This document shows, in pieces, positions 42,504-51,711 of a stretch of DNA of 64,000 nt. The translations under genes were made by a program, and so were the position numbers. Under the pieces are notes generated by a model. The model ran no database searches, was not told the DNA's origin, and saw nothing but the letters and a program-made list of their open reading frames with translations. The stretch is from Dehalococcoidia bacterium. GTDB taxonomy: Bacteria > Chloroflexota > Dehalococcoidia > Bin125. The DNA lies in the NCBI GenBank assembly GCA_963663235.2, contig CAXXNO010000012.1:64001-128000 (forward strand). The letters run 5' to 3'. Each line of letters opens with the position of its first letter. Position 1 is the stretch's first letter.

Positions 42504-42680
42504 GTCGTGGTGCGCGGCGGGGGTGAGGTGCGGGGGGATAGTTATGTCGGTGGCCGCAGCCCAAAAACATTACATGCTCTTCTGGAACCCTCGGCGGCCA
42601 GCCGTCGTTCCTGTAAACATGGAGGGCCTGGGATGGCGGGACCGACGTAATTCCCCCGCCCGCCACTCTCGAGCGCGACG
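42504..42680. ncRNA. Candidate rod-shaped structured RNA (6S-like)
   Basis: Nested complementary blocks around an asymmetric internal bubble (see findings); strand unresolved. Confidence 0.4.
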
Positions 42681-42909
42681 GCAGACCTCAGCTGAGGACC
42701 GCCCCGCACTCGCGAGTATCGTCGGTCCTGCCGCCCTCCTATCTCCCCTCCCGCGCTGATCCAGCGCCGGGCAGGGCTAACCCGCTGCAGACGATCACCA
42801 CGTCGTGTCGCAGCACGGGACCGCCCTTCCACCATCCGTGGCCCGCAAGCGACCGGACTCGTCTTCGTGCAGCGGCGCGCGCGTAACACACAGGTCTAGG
42901 GCATTCAAT

Positions 42910-43105
42910 AACCTCACCCCCTGTCCCCCTCTCCATCGGCAAGCGATGGAGAGGGGGAAGGGCAGGGAAACCTCAGCCCCGGCCTCGCTCTGGGGCAGGT
43001 AATGGAACGGGGGAACGGGAAACCTCACCCCCTAGCCCTCCTTCGACTCGCCTGCGGCTCGCTCAGGACAGGCTCTCTCCATCGGCAAGCGATGGAGAGG
43101 GGGAA
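42910..43105. repeat. Third REP-like repeat cluster
   Basis: An 'empty' hairpin unit at 42911 and a filled unit at 43022. Confidence 0.85.
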
Positions 43106-43155
43106 GAGAGGGAGGGGAAGGAAGAGCGGGGGAGGGTGCTCGCGCTCTTGCGCGG

Positions 43156-43746
43156 TCAGTCGCCGCGGTAGGAGCGGATCGCGTTGTCGCCGAGGGGGGC
43201 CAGCGCGCGCAGAGCGAGGGCCTGGAGCATGACGATGGACTTGACGTCGTCGATCTCGCCGTCGCGGACGAGCTGCATGCTCTGGCCGAGCGTGTAGTGC
43301 TCCACGAGCAGGATCTCATCGTCCTCGGGTGCGCGCTCGCAAGGGGTGCAATCGCGGGCGAGGAAGCCATGCATGTACTCCTCAGCCCAGCCGGGGGCGA
43401 CCCAAAAGGTTAAAAACGTCTCCAGCGAGCCCGGGCGCAGGCCCACCTCCTCCGCCAGCTCGCGAGCCGCCGCGGCCTCCGGGTCCTCGCCGGGATCGAG
43501 CGTCCCGGCCGGCAGCTCCAGCAGCGCCCGCCGCGCGGGCGCGCGCCACTGGCGGACGAAGGGGATGTGGCCATCAGCGTGCAGCGCGAGCATCACAACG
43601 GAGCCAGGATGCTCGACCACCTCGCGGTCGGCTTCGCGACCGTCGGGCAAGCGGACGCGATCACGACGGAGGTTGAGGATGCGCCCCTCATAGAGCCGCT
43701 CGCTGTGGAGGGTCTCTTCGCGGAGCGGCTCAGCGGGACCCGGCAC
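43156..43746 (-). CDS. NUDIX hydrolase (ADP-ribose pyrophosphatase-like)
   Basis: REVVEHPG, ELPAGTLDPGE...AAARELAEEVG Nudix box. Confidence 0.93.
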   Translation of the reverse strand: MPGPAEPLREETLHSERLYEGRILNLRRDRVRLPDGREADREVVEHPGSVVMLALHADGHIPFVRQWRAPARRALLELPAGTLDPGEDPEAAAARELAEEVGLRPGSLETFLTFWVAPGWAEEYMHGFLARDCTPCERAPEDDEILLVEHYTLGQSMQLVRDGEIDDVKSIVMLQALALRALAPLGDNAIRSYRGD

Positions 43747-44254
43747 GGGATCGGAGGTCGATCGCCACCGCGATTTCATCGCAGCGGGCGTACTTGGGGC
43801 AGCGCAGGCACTCGTTCCAGACCTTGCGCGGGAAGCTGGAGACCGCCGCCAGGTCAAAGCCGCACTTCTGGAAGAACTCCGGGCTGGTGGTGAGAGCGAA
43901 GACCGTCTTCAGTCCGAGCGTCAGCGCCTCCTCCAAGCAGGCCTCCACGACGACGCTGCCGAGGCCGCTGCCCTGATAGTCGGGGTCGACCACCAGCGAC
44001 TTGATCTCCGCCAGGTCCTTCCACTCGATGTGCAAGGCGCCGGCGGCGGCGAGGCGGTCGCCGTCGCGGACGACGACGAAGTCGCGCAGCGACTCGTAGA
44101 TCTCGCCCTCGGTGCGGGGGAGGACGACATCGGTCTTGACCCAATGCTCGATCAGGCGGTGGATGGCGGGCACATCGAAGACGCGCGCCTTTTCCGCGGC
44201 CAGCGCGGGCCGAGGCTTCGCCGCCGTCGGGGAAGGGCCGTCCGCCATCAGCAT
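43730..44254 (-). CDS. Short GNAT N-acetyltransferase (ArgA-like N-acetylglutamate synthase)
   Basis: LPR...IYE.LRDF, DLAEIKSL.V, VFALT..PEFF, PRKVW.EC..CPK...CDE. Confidence 0.85.
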   Translation of the reverse strand: MLMADGPSPTAAKPRPALAAEKARVFDVPAIHRLIEHWVKTDVVLPRTEGEIYESLRDFVVVRDGDRLAAAGALHIEWKDLAEIKSLVVDPDYQGSGLGSVVVEACLEEALTLGLKTVFALTTSPEFFQKCGFDLAAVSSFPRKVWNECLRCPKYARCDEIAVAIDLRSRAGSR

Positions 44255-44387
44255 CCACTCCTCGGCGATCGGCTCAGCGTTGCGCCGAGCGACAGGACCG
44301 AGACGTACACCTTACTCGATGCGGAGGAAGGGAGCCGTCCACACGGTCACACGCGGGGACCTGATGGCGATGCGCAGAGAGGGCCGC

Positions 44388-45293
44388 TCAAGCGGGCCGC
44401 TGTGGATCGATCTCCGGCGCGGTCGCGGTTGGGTCGATCGGGCGCCGGTGCTCGAACCAGGAGAGGCGATCACCCAAATGCGCATAGAACGGTCTGGGCC
44501 AGAAGCGGAGCAGGCGGGCGACGTGGCTGCTGCGCCCGACCTCGACCACGCACTCCGGCGTCATGCAGTAGTCGCCCTGGCCATCGACGCTCAGCGAGGC
44601 GTTGCCGTCGGAGGCAAGGGAAAGGCGGACGGTGGCGTTCTCCGGCAGCACCAGAGGCCCGGAAACGGCGAGGTGGGCGGCGACCGGCGTCACCACCAAG
44701 TTGCGGGCCGAGGGGTGGAGGATGGGACCGCCGCCCGAGAGGGAGTAGCCGGTGCTGCCGGTCGCCGTGGCGACGACGACGGCGTCGGCGCGAAAGCCTC
44801 CCACCAGGGCGCCGTCCACCTCGACATCGACCATCACCGGGCGTCCGACCGAGGAACGGCCGACGATCACGTCGTTGAGGGCGTGGGCGAGCCCCGGCGC
44901 GTCCGGGATGGAAAAGCCCGTGAGGCGGACGTCGATCATCGCCCGCTCTTCGATCCGGAAGTGGCCCGCGAGCACCTGGTGCAAGTTCTTGCGCAGCTCG
45001 TCCGGCGTGAACTCGGTGAGGAAAGCGACGCGTCCCATATCGACGCCCAGGATGGGGATCGGGTGGGGGACCACCGCCCGGGCGGCGCGGAGCACCGTGC
45101 CGTCGCCACCGACACAGACGAGCAAGTCGGTGCCGGGCAGGTCGCGGGTGGAGGCCACCGGATCCCAGGCGGAAGCGATCCAGACGGCGGGCACGGTGGG
45201 CGCCAAGAGGTCGCGAAGCTCCGCAGCGAAGGCGAGCGCGGGCTCGAAGGTCGGGCGGTGGTAGATCCCGACCTTGCGAAAGTCGCCGGCCAT
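44388..45293 (-). CDS. nadK: NAD(+) kinase
   Basis: GGDGTVL, ALND, ATATGSTGYSLSGGGP. Confidence 0.93.
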   Translation of the reverse strand: MAGDFRKVGIYHRPTFEPALAFAAELRDLLAPTVPAVWIASAWDPVASTRDLPGTDLLVCVGGDGTVLRAARAVVPHPIPILGVDMGRVAFLTEFTPDELRKNLHQVLAGHFRIEERAMIDVRLTGFSIPDAPGLAHALNDVIVGRSSVGRPVMVDVEVDGALVGGFRADAVVVATATGSTGYSLSGGGPILHPSARNLVVTPVAAHLAVSGPLVLPENATVRLSLASDGNASLSVDGQGDYCMTPECVVEVGRSSHVARLLRFWPRPFYAHLGDRLSWFEHRRPIDPTATAPEIDPQRPA

Positions 45294-46039
45294 CAGCAGT
45301 GGTCTTCCTTGGAGCCGGGCGTGCGCAACCAGACAAAGACCTCGCGGTTGCCGGCCGGGCCGGTGAGCGGCGAGGCGAGCACCCCCCCAACCCGCCAATC
45401 GCGGCCCAAGGCCCACGTGGCCACGGCCGCCACCGCCTCAGCGCGATGGCGAGGATCGCGGACGACGCCGCCCTTGCCCAGCGCCTCGCGGGCGGCCTCG
45501 AATTGCGGCTTGACCAGCGCGACCACGTCCGCGCCCGGCCGCGCCACCGCGGCAACCGAAGGCAGCACGGCGCGCAGGGAGATGAATGAGAGGTCGAGGG
45601 TGACCAGTGTCGGAGGCGGGTCAAGCGGGGGCAGCGCGCGAGCGTTGGTGCGTTCCAGCACCACGACGCGGGGGTCGGCGCGGAGCGAGGCCGCCAACTG
45701 GCCCCGCCCGACATCGATGGCGTAGACGCGGGCCGCTCCGCGCTGGAGGAGGCAGTCGGTGAAGCCGCCCGTGCTGGCTCCCACGTCGGCGCAGACGGCG
45801 CTCTGCACCGGCAACGGCCACGCCTGAAGCGCGGCGCGGAGCTTGCGCCCTCCGCGGGAGACGAACTCCGGATCCGGGCTCACGTCGAGCGGCGCATCAT
45901 CGGCGAGGAGCAGGCCCGGCTTGGCGTAGGTGCGACCGTTGCCGCGGACACGACGCGCCATCACCAGCGCACGAGCGCGTTCACCACTGGGCGCCAGGCC
46001 TCGATCGATCAAGAGTTGGTCAAGTCGCCGCTTGGGCAC
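45293..46039 (-). CDS. tlyA: TlyA rRNA (cytidine-2'-O)-methyltransferase
   Basis: RLDQLL, FVSRGG.KL, DVGASTGGFTD, DLSFISL, KPQFE, GN.E. Confidence 0.95.
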   Translation of the reverse strand: MPKRRLDQLLIDRGLAPSGERARALVMARRVRGNGRTYAKPGLLLADDAPLDVSPDPEFVSRGGRKLRAALQAWPLPVQSAVCADVGASTGGFTDCLLQRGAARVYAIDVGRGQLAASLRADPRVVVLERTNARALPPLDPPPTLVTLDLSFISLRAVLPSVAAVARPGADVVALVKPQFEAAREALGKGGVVRDPRHRAEAVAAVATWALGRDWRVGGVLASPLTGPAGNREVFVWLRTPGSKEDHC

Positions 46040-46085
46040 GGCGTCAGCGTAGCAAGCAGAGCGCGGCCGCGAACACGGAGGAGCG

Positions 46086-47420
46086 CTAGGCGCTCTCTTG
46101 CTCCAGCGTCTCCGGCATCGGCTCTTCTTGGATGGGAGGCTGAAAATCCACGACCGAACCGGCGGCCGTGAAGAGGACCGGGCGGCGGTGATGGAGGACG
46201 GCATCCGGTCCCACCACGCATCGGCGGACCTCGGGGCGGCTGGGGATGTCGAACATCACATCGAGGAGCAGGTCCTCCAGCACGGTGCGCAACCCTCGGG
46301 CGCCGGTGGTTTCGCGCAGGGCGACATCGGCGATGGCCTCCAGGGCTTCGGGAGAGATGACCAGTTCCACGTTGTCCAGAGCAAAGAAGCGCTGGAATTG
46401 CCGCACGAGGGCGTTCTTGGGCTCGGTGAGAATCTGTATGAGGTCGTCGCGATCGAGCGGGTCGAGGGCCACGGCCAGCGGCAGGCGGCCGACGAACTCG
46501 GGGATGAGCCCGTACTTGAGCAGGTCGTCGTGGGTGAGCTCGCGGAGAAGGTTGCTGGTGTCGTGCAGCGACGGCGGCGTGGCGCCGAAACCGAGGGCGC
46601 TCCCGCGGCCGATGCGGCGTTCGATCAAGGCCTCGATCCCCTCAAAGGCGCCGCCGCAGATGAAGAGGATCTTGGAGGTATCGATCTGGAGGAAGTCCTG
46701 GTGGGGGTGCTTGCGGCCACCCTGCGGCGGGACAGAGGCGATGGTGCCCTCGATGATCTTCAACAACGCCTGCTGGACACCCTCCCCGGACACGTCGCGC
46801 GTGATCGAGGGGTTGTCGGCCTTGCGCGTGACCTTATCGATCTCGTCGATGTAGACGATGCCACGCTCGGCGCGCTGGATGTCGAAATCGGCGGATTGGA
46901 TGAGGTGGAGGAGGATGTTCTCCACATCCTCGCCGACGTAGCCCGCCTCCGTCAGGGCGGTGGCATCAGCGATGGAGAAGGGGACATCCAGGATCTTCGC
47001 CAGCGTGCGGGCGAGGAGCGTCTTGCCGGATCCGGTCGGCCCGACGAGCAGGATATTGCTCTTTTCAAGCTCGACTTCGCCGGAGCCGGCCTCCTCGCCG
47101 ATGCGCTTGTAGTGGTTGTAGACCGCGACGGAGAGGACCTTCTTGGCCTGCTCCTGCCCGATGACGTACTCCTCCAGGCGCGCGTAGATGTCCTGCGGCG
47201 GGAGGGGCTTGGTCTCAGCCAGAGCGCCGGGCGCGGTCTTAGCGCGGTCGGTGGTGGAGGCGCCGGACTCCTCCACGATGATCTCGCGGCACAGATCCAC
47301 GCACTCATCGCAGATGTAGACCGCCCCGGGTCCGGCGATCAGGCGCTTGACCTGGTCCTGATTCTTGCCGCAGAAGGAGCAGTGATACTGCGTGCGACCG
47401 CTGCTGCGAGTACTGGTCAC
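46086..47420 (-). CDS. clpX: ATP-dependent Clp protease ATP-binding subunit
   Basis: CSFCGK Zn finger, [29 protein letters not shown]. Confidence 0.98.
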   Translation of the reverse strand: MTSTRSSGRTQYHCSFCGKNQDQVKRLIAGPGAVYICDECVDLCREIIVEESGASTTDRAKTAPGALAETKPLPPQDIYARLEEYVIGQEQAKKVLSVAVYNHYKRIGEEAGSGEVELEKSNILLVGPTGSGKTLLARTLAKILDVPFSIADATALTEAGYVGEDVENILLHLIQSADFDIQRAERGIVYIDEIDKVTRKADNPSITRDVSGEGVQQALLKIIEGTIASVPPQGGRKHPHQDFLQIDTSKILFICGGAFEGIEALIERRIGRGSALGFGATPPSLHDTSNLLRELTHDDLLKYGLIPEFVGRLPLAVALDPLDRDDLIQILTEPKNALVRQFQRFFALDNVELVISPEALEAIADVALRETTGARGLRTVLEDLLLDVMFDIPSRPEVRRCVVGPDAVLHHRRPVLFTAAGSVVDFQPPIQEEPMPETLEQESA

Positions 47421-47455
47421 CGCTGCCTCCCCCGTCTCTCGACCGCCGCCCGTCC

Positions 47456-48088
47456 TCAGGAGGCCGCCTTGACCTCCGCATCGCCTTCGGGCGCCTGGAG
47501 CACCTCATCCACCAGGCCGTACTCCTTGGCCTGCGCGGCGTCCAGATAGAAGTCGCGGTCGGTATCGCGCTTGATCACATCCAGGGACTGGCCCGTGTGC
47601 TTGGCCAGGATGCCGCGGATGATCTCGTTGTTACGGATAATCTCCCGAGCCGCGATCTCAACATCGGATGCTTGCCCCCGCGCACCGCCCGTCGCCTGGT
47701 GCATATGGATCGTGGCGTTGGGCAGCGCGAACCGCTTGCCGTGGGCCCCCGCCGTCAGGAGGACGGTCCCCATCGAGGCGGACATCCCTACACAGATAGT
47801 CGACACCGCGGGGCGGATCAGTTGCATGGTGTCGTAGATTGCCAGACCGGCGGAGATGACCCCACCGGGGCTGTGGATGTACATGTTGATGTCGCGGTCG
47901 GCGTCCTCGCGCTCCAGGTAGAGGAGTTGGGCGATGATCAGGTTGGCCACCTGATCATCGATGGGGCTCCCGACGAAGAGGATGCGCTCCCGCAGGAGCA
48001 GCGAGTAGATATCGTAGGCGCGCTCGCCGCGACTCGAAGTCTCCACGACCATCGGCACGATGTTGGCTGGAACGACCGGGTTCATCAT
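47456..48088 (-). CDS. clpP: Clp protease proteolytic subunit
   Basis: [24 protein letters not shown]. Confidence 0.97.
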   Translation of the reverse strand: MMNPVVPANIVPMVVETSSRGERAYDIYSLLLRERILFVGSPIDDQVANLIIAQLLYLEREDADRDINMYIHSPGGVISAGLAIYDTMQLIRPAVSTICVGMSASMGTVLLTAGAHGKRFALPNATIHMHQATGGARGQASDVEIAAREIIRNNEIIRGILAKHTGQSLDVIKRDTDRDFYLDAAQAKEYGLVDEVLQAPEGDAEVKAAS

Positions 48089-49434
48089 TCACTCCTTGCT
48101 TCCGTCGGCACAGAAGAGGCCGACTCCGCGTCCACGTCCTCGCCGGCGGGCGCCGCGCGCTGAGCCGCGGCGGCGGCCCCGGCCAACGCGACCAGATGCT
48201 CCAGGGTCCGGCTAGTGATCAGATTCTGGCGGATGATGCCGCGGCCGTTCTCGCTGTCGAACACCGCGCGTACCTGTTCGGCCTGCGGCCCATCGCCGGA
48301 AACGCGGGCGATTTCGGTCTCGATGTCGGGGTCGGAGACGGTGATCTCCTCCGCTTTTGTCAGTTCCGAGAGGACCAGGCTCTGCTGGACCCGCTTGGCA
48401 GCATCGGGCCGGAGGGTGGCGGCGAGCTCCTTGGGGTCCTGGCCGAGCCCTTGCAGGTAGGCATCCAGGCTCTGGCCGCGCGTGCGGGCCGCATCCGCGA
48501 GCATGTGCTCGATCTCGCGGTCCACCAGCATGGGAGGAAACTCCACCGTGGCCTGCTGCACCGCCTCCGCCAGCACCGCGTCCTTGAAGGCGCCCTGCAC
48601 CCGCGCCGTTTCTTGCTCGCGGAGATCGGTGGTGATGCGCAGGCGCAGAGCATCGAGGGAGTCGAAATCGCCGACCTCGCCGGCGAAGTGGTCATCCAGA
48701 TCGGGCAAGATCTCCTGCTTGAGCTCGTGGATGGTGAGGTGAAAGGTCACCGTCTCGCCCGCGAGCTCTTGATTCTCCACGTCCTGCGGGAGGGCAATCT
48801 CAAGCTGGTGATCCGTGCCGGTCTCCAGCCCCACGATCTGCTCGGCAAGACCGGGGACCACCACCTCCGTGCCTTCTCGCAGCGAGAACTCCACATTGTC
48901 CTCGCGGGCGAAGGTGCGGTCCTTGAGTACGCCGCGGATGTCGAGACGGAGGCGGTCGTTGTACTGCACGGGGCGGTCCACGGGCTCCAAGACGGCGTGC
49001 TGACGCCGGAGACCCAAGACGGTCTCGGCGATGCGATCATCGTTTACGACGACGGGCTCCGATTCCAAGGCGATGGAACGGTAGTCGCCCAGTTCCACCT
49101 TGGGTTGCAGCGGGACCGTGGCCTTGAAGCGCATGGGCTCCAGGGTGAGGATCTCCACCTCGGGCGGGCCGATGGGCTCCAGCTCGTGCTCGCGGAGGGC
49201 TTCGTCGTAGGCCTCCGGCACCATGTGATCGACGGCCTCTTGGAGCAGGCGATCGCGCCCCAGGGTGCGTTCCACCAATGCGCGCGGCGCCTTGCCCGGG
49301 CGGAAGCCGGGGATCTTGGCGTTGGAGGCGAGGCGGCGGTACGCCCAGGTCATCGAGCGCTGGAAGCGCTCATCGTCCACTTCCACCTCGAGGACGACGC
49401 GCGCCTCCGGGATCGATTCGGCGGTCACTTTCAT
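48085..49434 (-). CDS. tig: Trigger factor
   Basis: [10 protein letters not shown] signature; tig-clpP-clpX synteny. Confidence 0.95.
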   Translation of the reverse strand: MKVTAESIPEARVVLEVEVDDERFQRSMTWAYRRLASNAKIPGFRPGKAPRALVERTLGRDRLLQEAVDHMVPEAYDEALREHELEPIGPPEVEILTLEPMRFKATVPLQPKVELGDYRSIALESEPVVVNDDRIAETVLGLRRQHAVLEPVDRPVQYNDRLRLDIRGVLKDRTFAREDNVEFSLREGTEVVVPGLAEQIVGLETGTDHQLEIALPQDVENQELAGETVTFHLTIHELKQEILPDLDDHFAGEVGDFDSLDALRLRITTDLREQETARVQGAFKDAVLAEAVQQATVEFPPMLVDREIEHMLADAARTRGQSLDAYLQGLGQDPKELAATLRPDAAKRVQQSLVLSELTKAEEITVSDPDIETEIARVSGDGPQAEQVRAVFDSENGRGIIRQNLITSRTLEHLVALAGAAAAAQRAAPAGEDVDAESASSVPTEARSE

Positions 49435-49516
49435 ACGAAGTAATGGGACTCCCGTGCACCGAGTATAGCAGCGGGTGCGGCGTCGATCAGAGTCAGGGAG
49501 GCCCGAGGTGGAGGCG

Positions 49517-50701
49517 CTATCGCCCCCTAGGGTTGACGACATCGTTGACGGCGTCGCCGAGGAGATTGAAGGAGAAGATCAGCACCGCGAGGATGAATCC
49601 GGGCACCAGGAGCATGTGGGGGTGGAGGTTTAAGGTCGAGACGCCGCCGGCGTCGTCGATCATTGCGCCGAAGGAGGCGGTGGGGGGCTGGACGCCGATG
49701 CCCAAAAAGGTGAGGGCGACCTCGAGGGCGGCGATGGCGCCGAGGCTGGCGCTGATGCCGACGACGATCCAGGGGAGGACCCCGGGCAGGAGATGGCGGA
49801 TGAGGATGCGGGTGGTGCGCGCGCCGATGGACTCGGCGGCGAGGACAAACTCCTCCTCGCGCAGGGCGAAGACCTGGGCGCGGACGAAGCGCGCGGTGGA
49901 GACCCAGCCAAAGATGGAGAAGGCGAAGAACAAGAGAGCGAAGTCGTCGATGCCCTGATCGATAAGGAATGAAGTGCCGAAGAAGTCGTCGATGGCTTCG
50001 AACCATTCGGTCCGGCGGTCGCGGAGGGAGGCATTCACGACGATCAGGACGAGCAGTGCGGGGATGGCGAGCACGACATCGCCGACGCGCATGATGACGG
50101 CGTCCACCAAGCCGCCGAGATAGCCCGCGAGCAAACCCAGGCCGAGCCCCAGGAAGACGTTGCCGAAGAGAAAGGCCAGCACCGTGATGATCAGCGTGGT
50201 GCGGGCGGCGAAGAGGGCGCGGCTGAACAGATCGCGCCCCACGCGATCGGTGCCGAAGAGGTGCTGAGAGGAAGGGCCCTGCAGCGCCTGATCTTCCTTG
50301 AGGACGAAGGTTGTGCCGGGCGGCACCACGGCATCGCGGGTGAGGAGGCCCGTCTCGGCTTCGATCTCCGCGACGAGGCCGGGGTTGAGGGCAAGCACCG
50401 TGTCCAGAGCGACGCCGTGGCGATCCAGGTAGGAGCCGAGGGGCTCGACCCGGCCATCGATCTCGCGAATGGGGCGGCGCTCGGTGAGGTTGGTGGCCAG
50501 GGGATCCTGGAGGCCGGTAGGCGCGCCGAAGGCGTCGAGCAAGGTGTAGGCGCCAGCGCCGTAGATGAGCGCGATCAAGCTCATCGCGATCATCGCCACC
50601 TTCTTGCGGCGGAGGGCGCGCCAGGCGCGACGCCAGGGGGACTCGGCGGCGGGCGCTACGCCGAAGTCAATACCGGAGGCGCCGGCTTCCGCGATGGTCA
50701 C
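49517..50701 (-). CDS. Oligopeptide ABC permease (OppC/DppC) with LysM-like insertion
   Basis: HLFGTD..GRDLFSR, EAA loop FVLAAESIGA, FNLLGD; about 60 extra residues before the GTD motif. Confidence 0.92.
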   Translation of the reverse strand: MTIAEAGASGIDFGVAPAAESPWRRAWRALRRKKVAMIAMSLIALIYGAGAYTLLDAFGAPTGLQDPLATNLTERRPIREIDGRVEPLGSYLDRHGVALDTVLALNPGLVAEIEAETGLLTRDAVVPPGTTFVLKEDQALQGPSSQHLFGTDRVGRDLFSRALFAARTTLIITVLAFLFGNVFLGLGLGLLAGYLGGLVDAVIMRVGDVVLAIPALLVLIVVNASLRDRRTEWFEAIDDFFGTSFLIDQGIDDFALLFFAFSIFGWVSTARFVRAQVFALREEEFVLAAESIGARTTRILIRHLLPGVLPWIVVGISASLGAIAALEVALTFLGIGVQPPTASFGAMIDDAGGVSTLNLHPHMLLVPGFILAVLIFSFNLLGDAVNDVVNPRGR

Positions 50702-51684
50702 TGGGACCGCCGTGAGTAGCGGATGCGCGGGTCGATGAAGACGTAAGCGATATCGATGACGAGATTGGCGAAGACGAAGATGGTGGCCACGAGCAAGGTA
50801 AAGGCGAGCAGCACGTTGAAGTCGCGCTGGCCGATGGCTCGAAAGACGAAGGCGCCGACGCCGGGCACGCCGTACAGCGTCTCGACGAAGATTGAGCCGC
50901 CCACGACCGAGACGATGCTCAAGGCGAAGACGGTGCTGACGGGCAAGAGCGAGTTGCGCAGCACGTGGCGATAGACCACCGTGCGCGGCCCGAGGCCCTT
51001 GGCATGCGCGGTGCGCACGTAGTCTTGGTCGAGGACGGTGAGGACGCTGGCGCGGACGAAGCGCGCCATGCCGGCCAGGCTGGGCAGGGTCAGGGCGGTG
51101 AGGGGGATGATGTAGGAGGCCGCGTTGCCGGGAATCCAGAAGGAGGGCACATCGAGGCCGAAGAGGCGGATGACATCGTCCAGGCCGAAGACAAGCAGCC
51201 AGGTGAAGAGGGGAATGAAGACGATCGTGGGGATGGCATCAAAGATCATGAAGAAGCCGATGGTTGCGGGGTCCTTCCAAGTGCCGCGGTTCATGGCGGC
51301 GAAGACGCCGAGGGGGATGCCGAGGAGGAAAATGAGGGCGAGCGAGATCAGGCCCAACCGCGCGGAGACCCAGATCCGGCCGCTCAGCAGCTCCCAAACA
51401 GTGCGCTGGGGGCTGCGGTTGAAGTAGGAGAGGCCGAAATCGCCGCGGGTGACGACGCCCCATGTGTAATCGCCGAAGCGCTCAACGAAGCCGCCGTTCA
51501 GGCCGAACTCCTCGCGGATGCGCTCGGCGACCTCGGGGTCGGGCTGGCGGGAGCCGGTGATGATGCGAACGGGGTCGCCGGGGGCGATCTGGGTGAAAGC
51601 GAAGGTGATGAGGAGGACGGCGAACAGGATCGGCGGCACCAGGAGAAGCCGCCGAACGATGAACGGAAGCAGGCCGCCTGCCAT
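50698..51684 (-). CDS. Oligopeptide ABC permease (OppB/DppB)
   Basis: APGDP, GDFGLSY, DYVRTAHAKGL, RHVLRNSL, IDPRIR. Confidence 0.94.
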   Translation of the reverse strand: MAGGLLPFIVRRLLLVPPILFAVLLITFAFTQIAPGDPVRIITGSRQPDPEVAERIREEFGLNGGFVERFGDYTWGVVTRGDFGLSYFNRSPQRTVWELLSGRIWVSARLGLISLALIFLLGIPLGVFAAMNRGTWKDPATIGFFMIFDAIPTIVFIPLFTWLLVFGLDDVIRLFGLDVPSFWIPGNAASYIIPLTALTLPSLAGMARFVRASVLTVLDQDYVRTAHAKGLGPRTVVYRHVLRNSLLPVSTVFALSIVSVVGGSIFVETLYGVPGVGAFVFRAIGQRDFNVLLAFTLLVATIFVFANLVIDIAYVFIDPRIRYSRRSQ

Positions 51685-51711
51685 AGCTCCCTTTGCCAGC
51701 GCGCGGCGCGG

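Noticed and set aside
42541-42651. Long palindrome as an integron attC site or SRP RNA
   Set aside because: The core-site orientation is reversed relative to attC (GTT first, AAT last) and there is no integrase. The SRP helix-8 GNRA/AGCAG motif is absent.
40954-43232. ORFs in the repeat regions (e.g. 40954-41583, 41079-41903, 42124-42759)
   Set aside because: They are translations of the REP-like modules with no protein-like features; only 41626-42105 is a credible gene.
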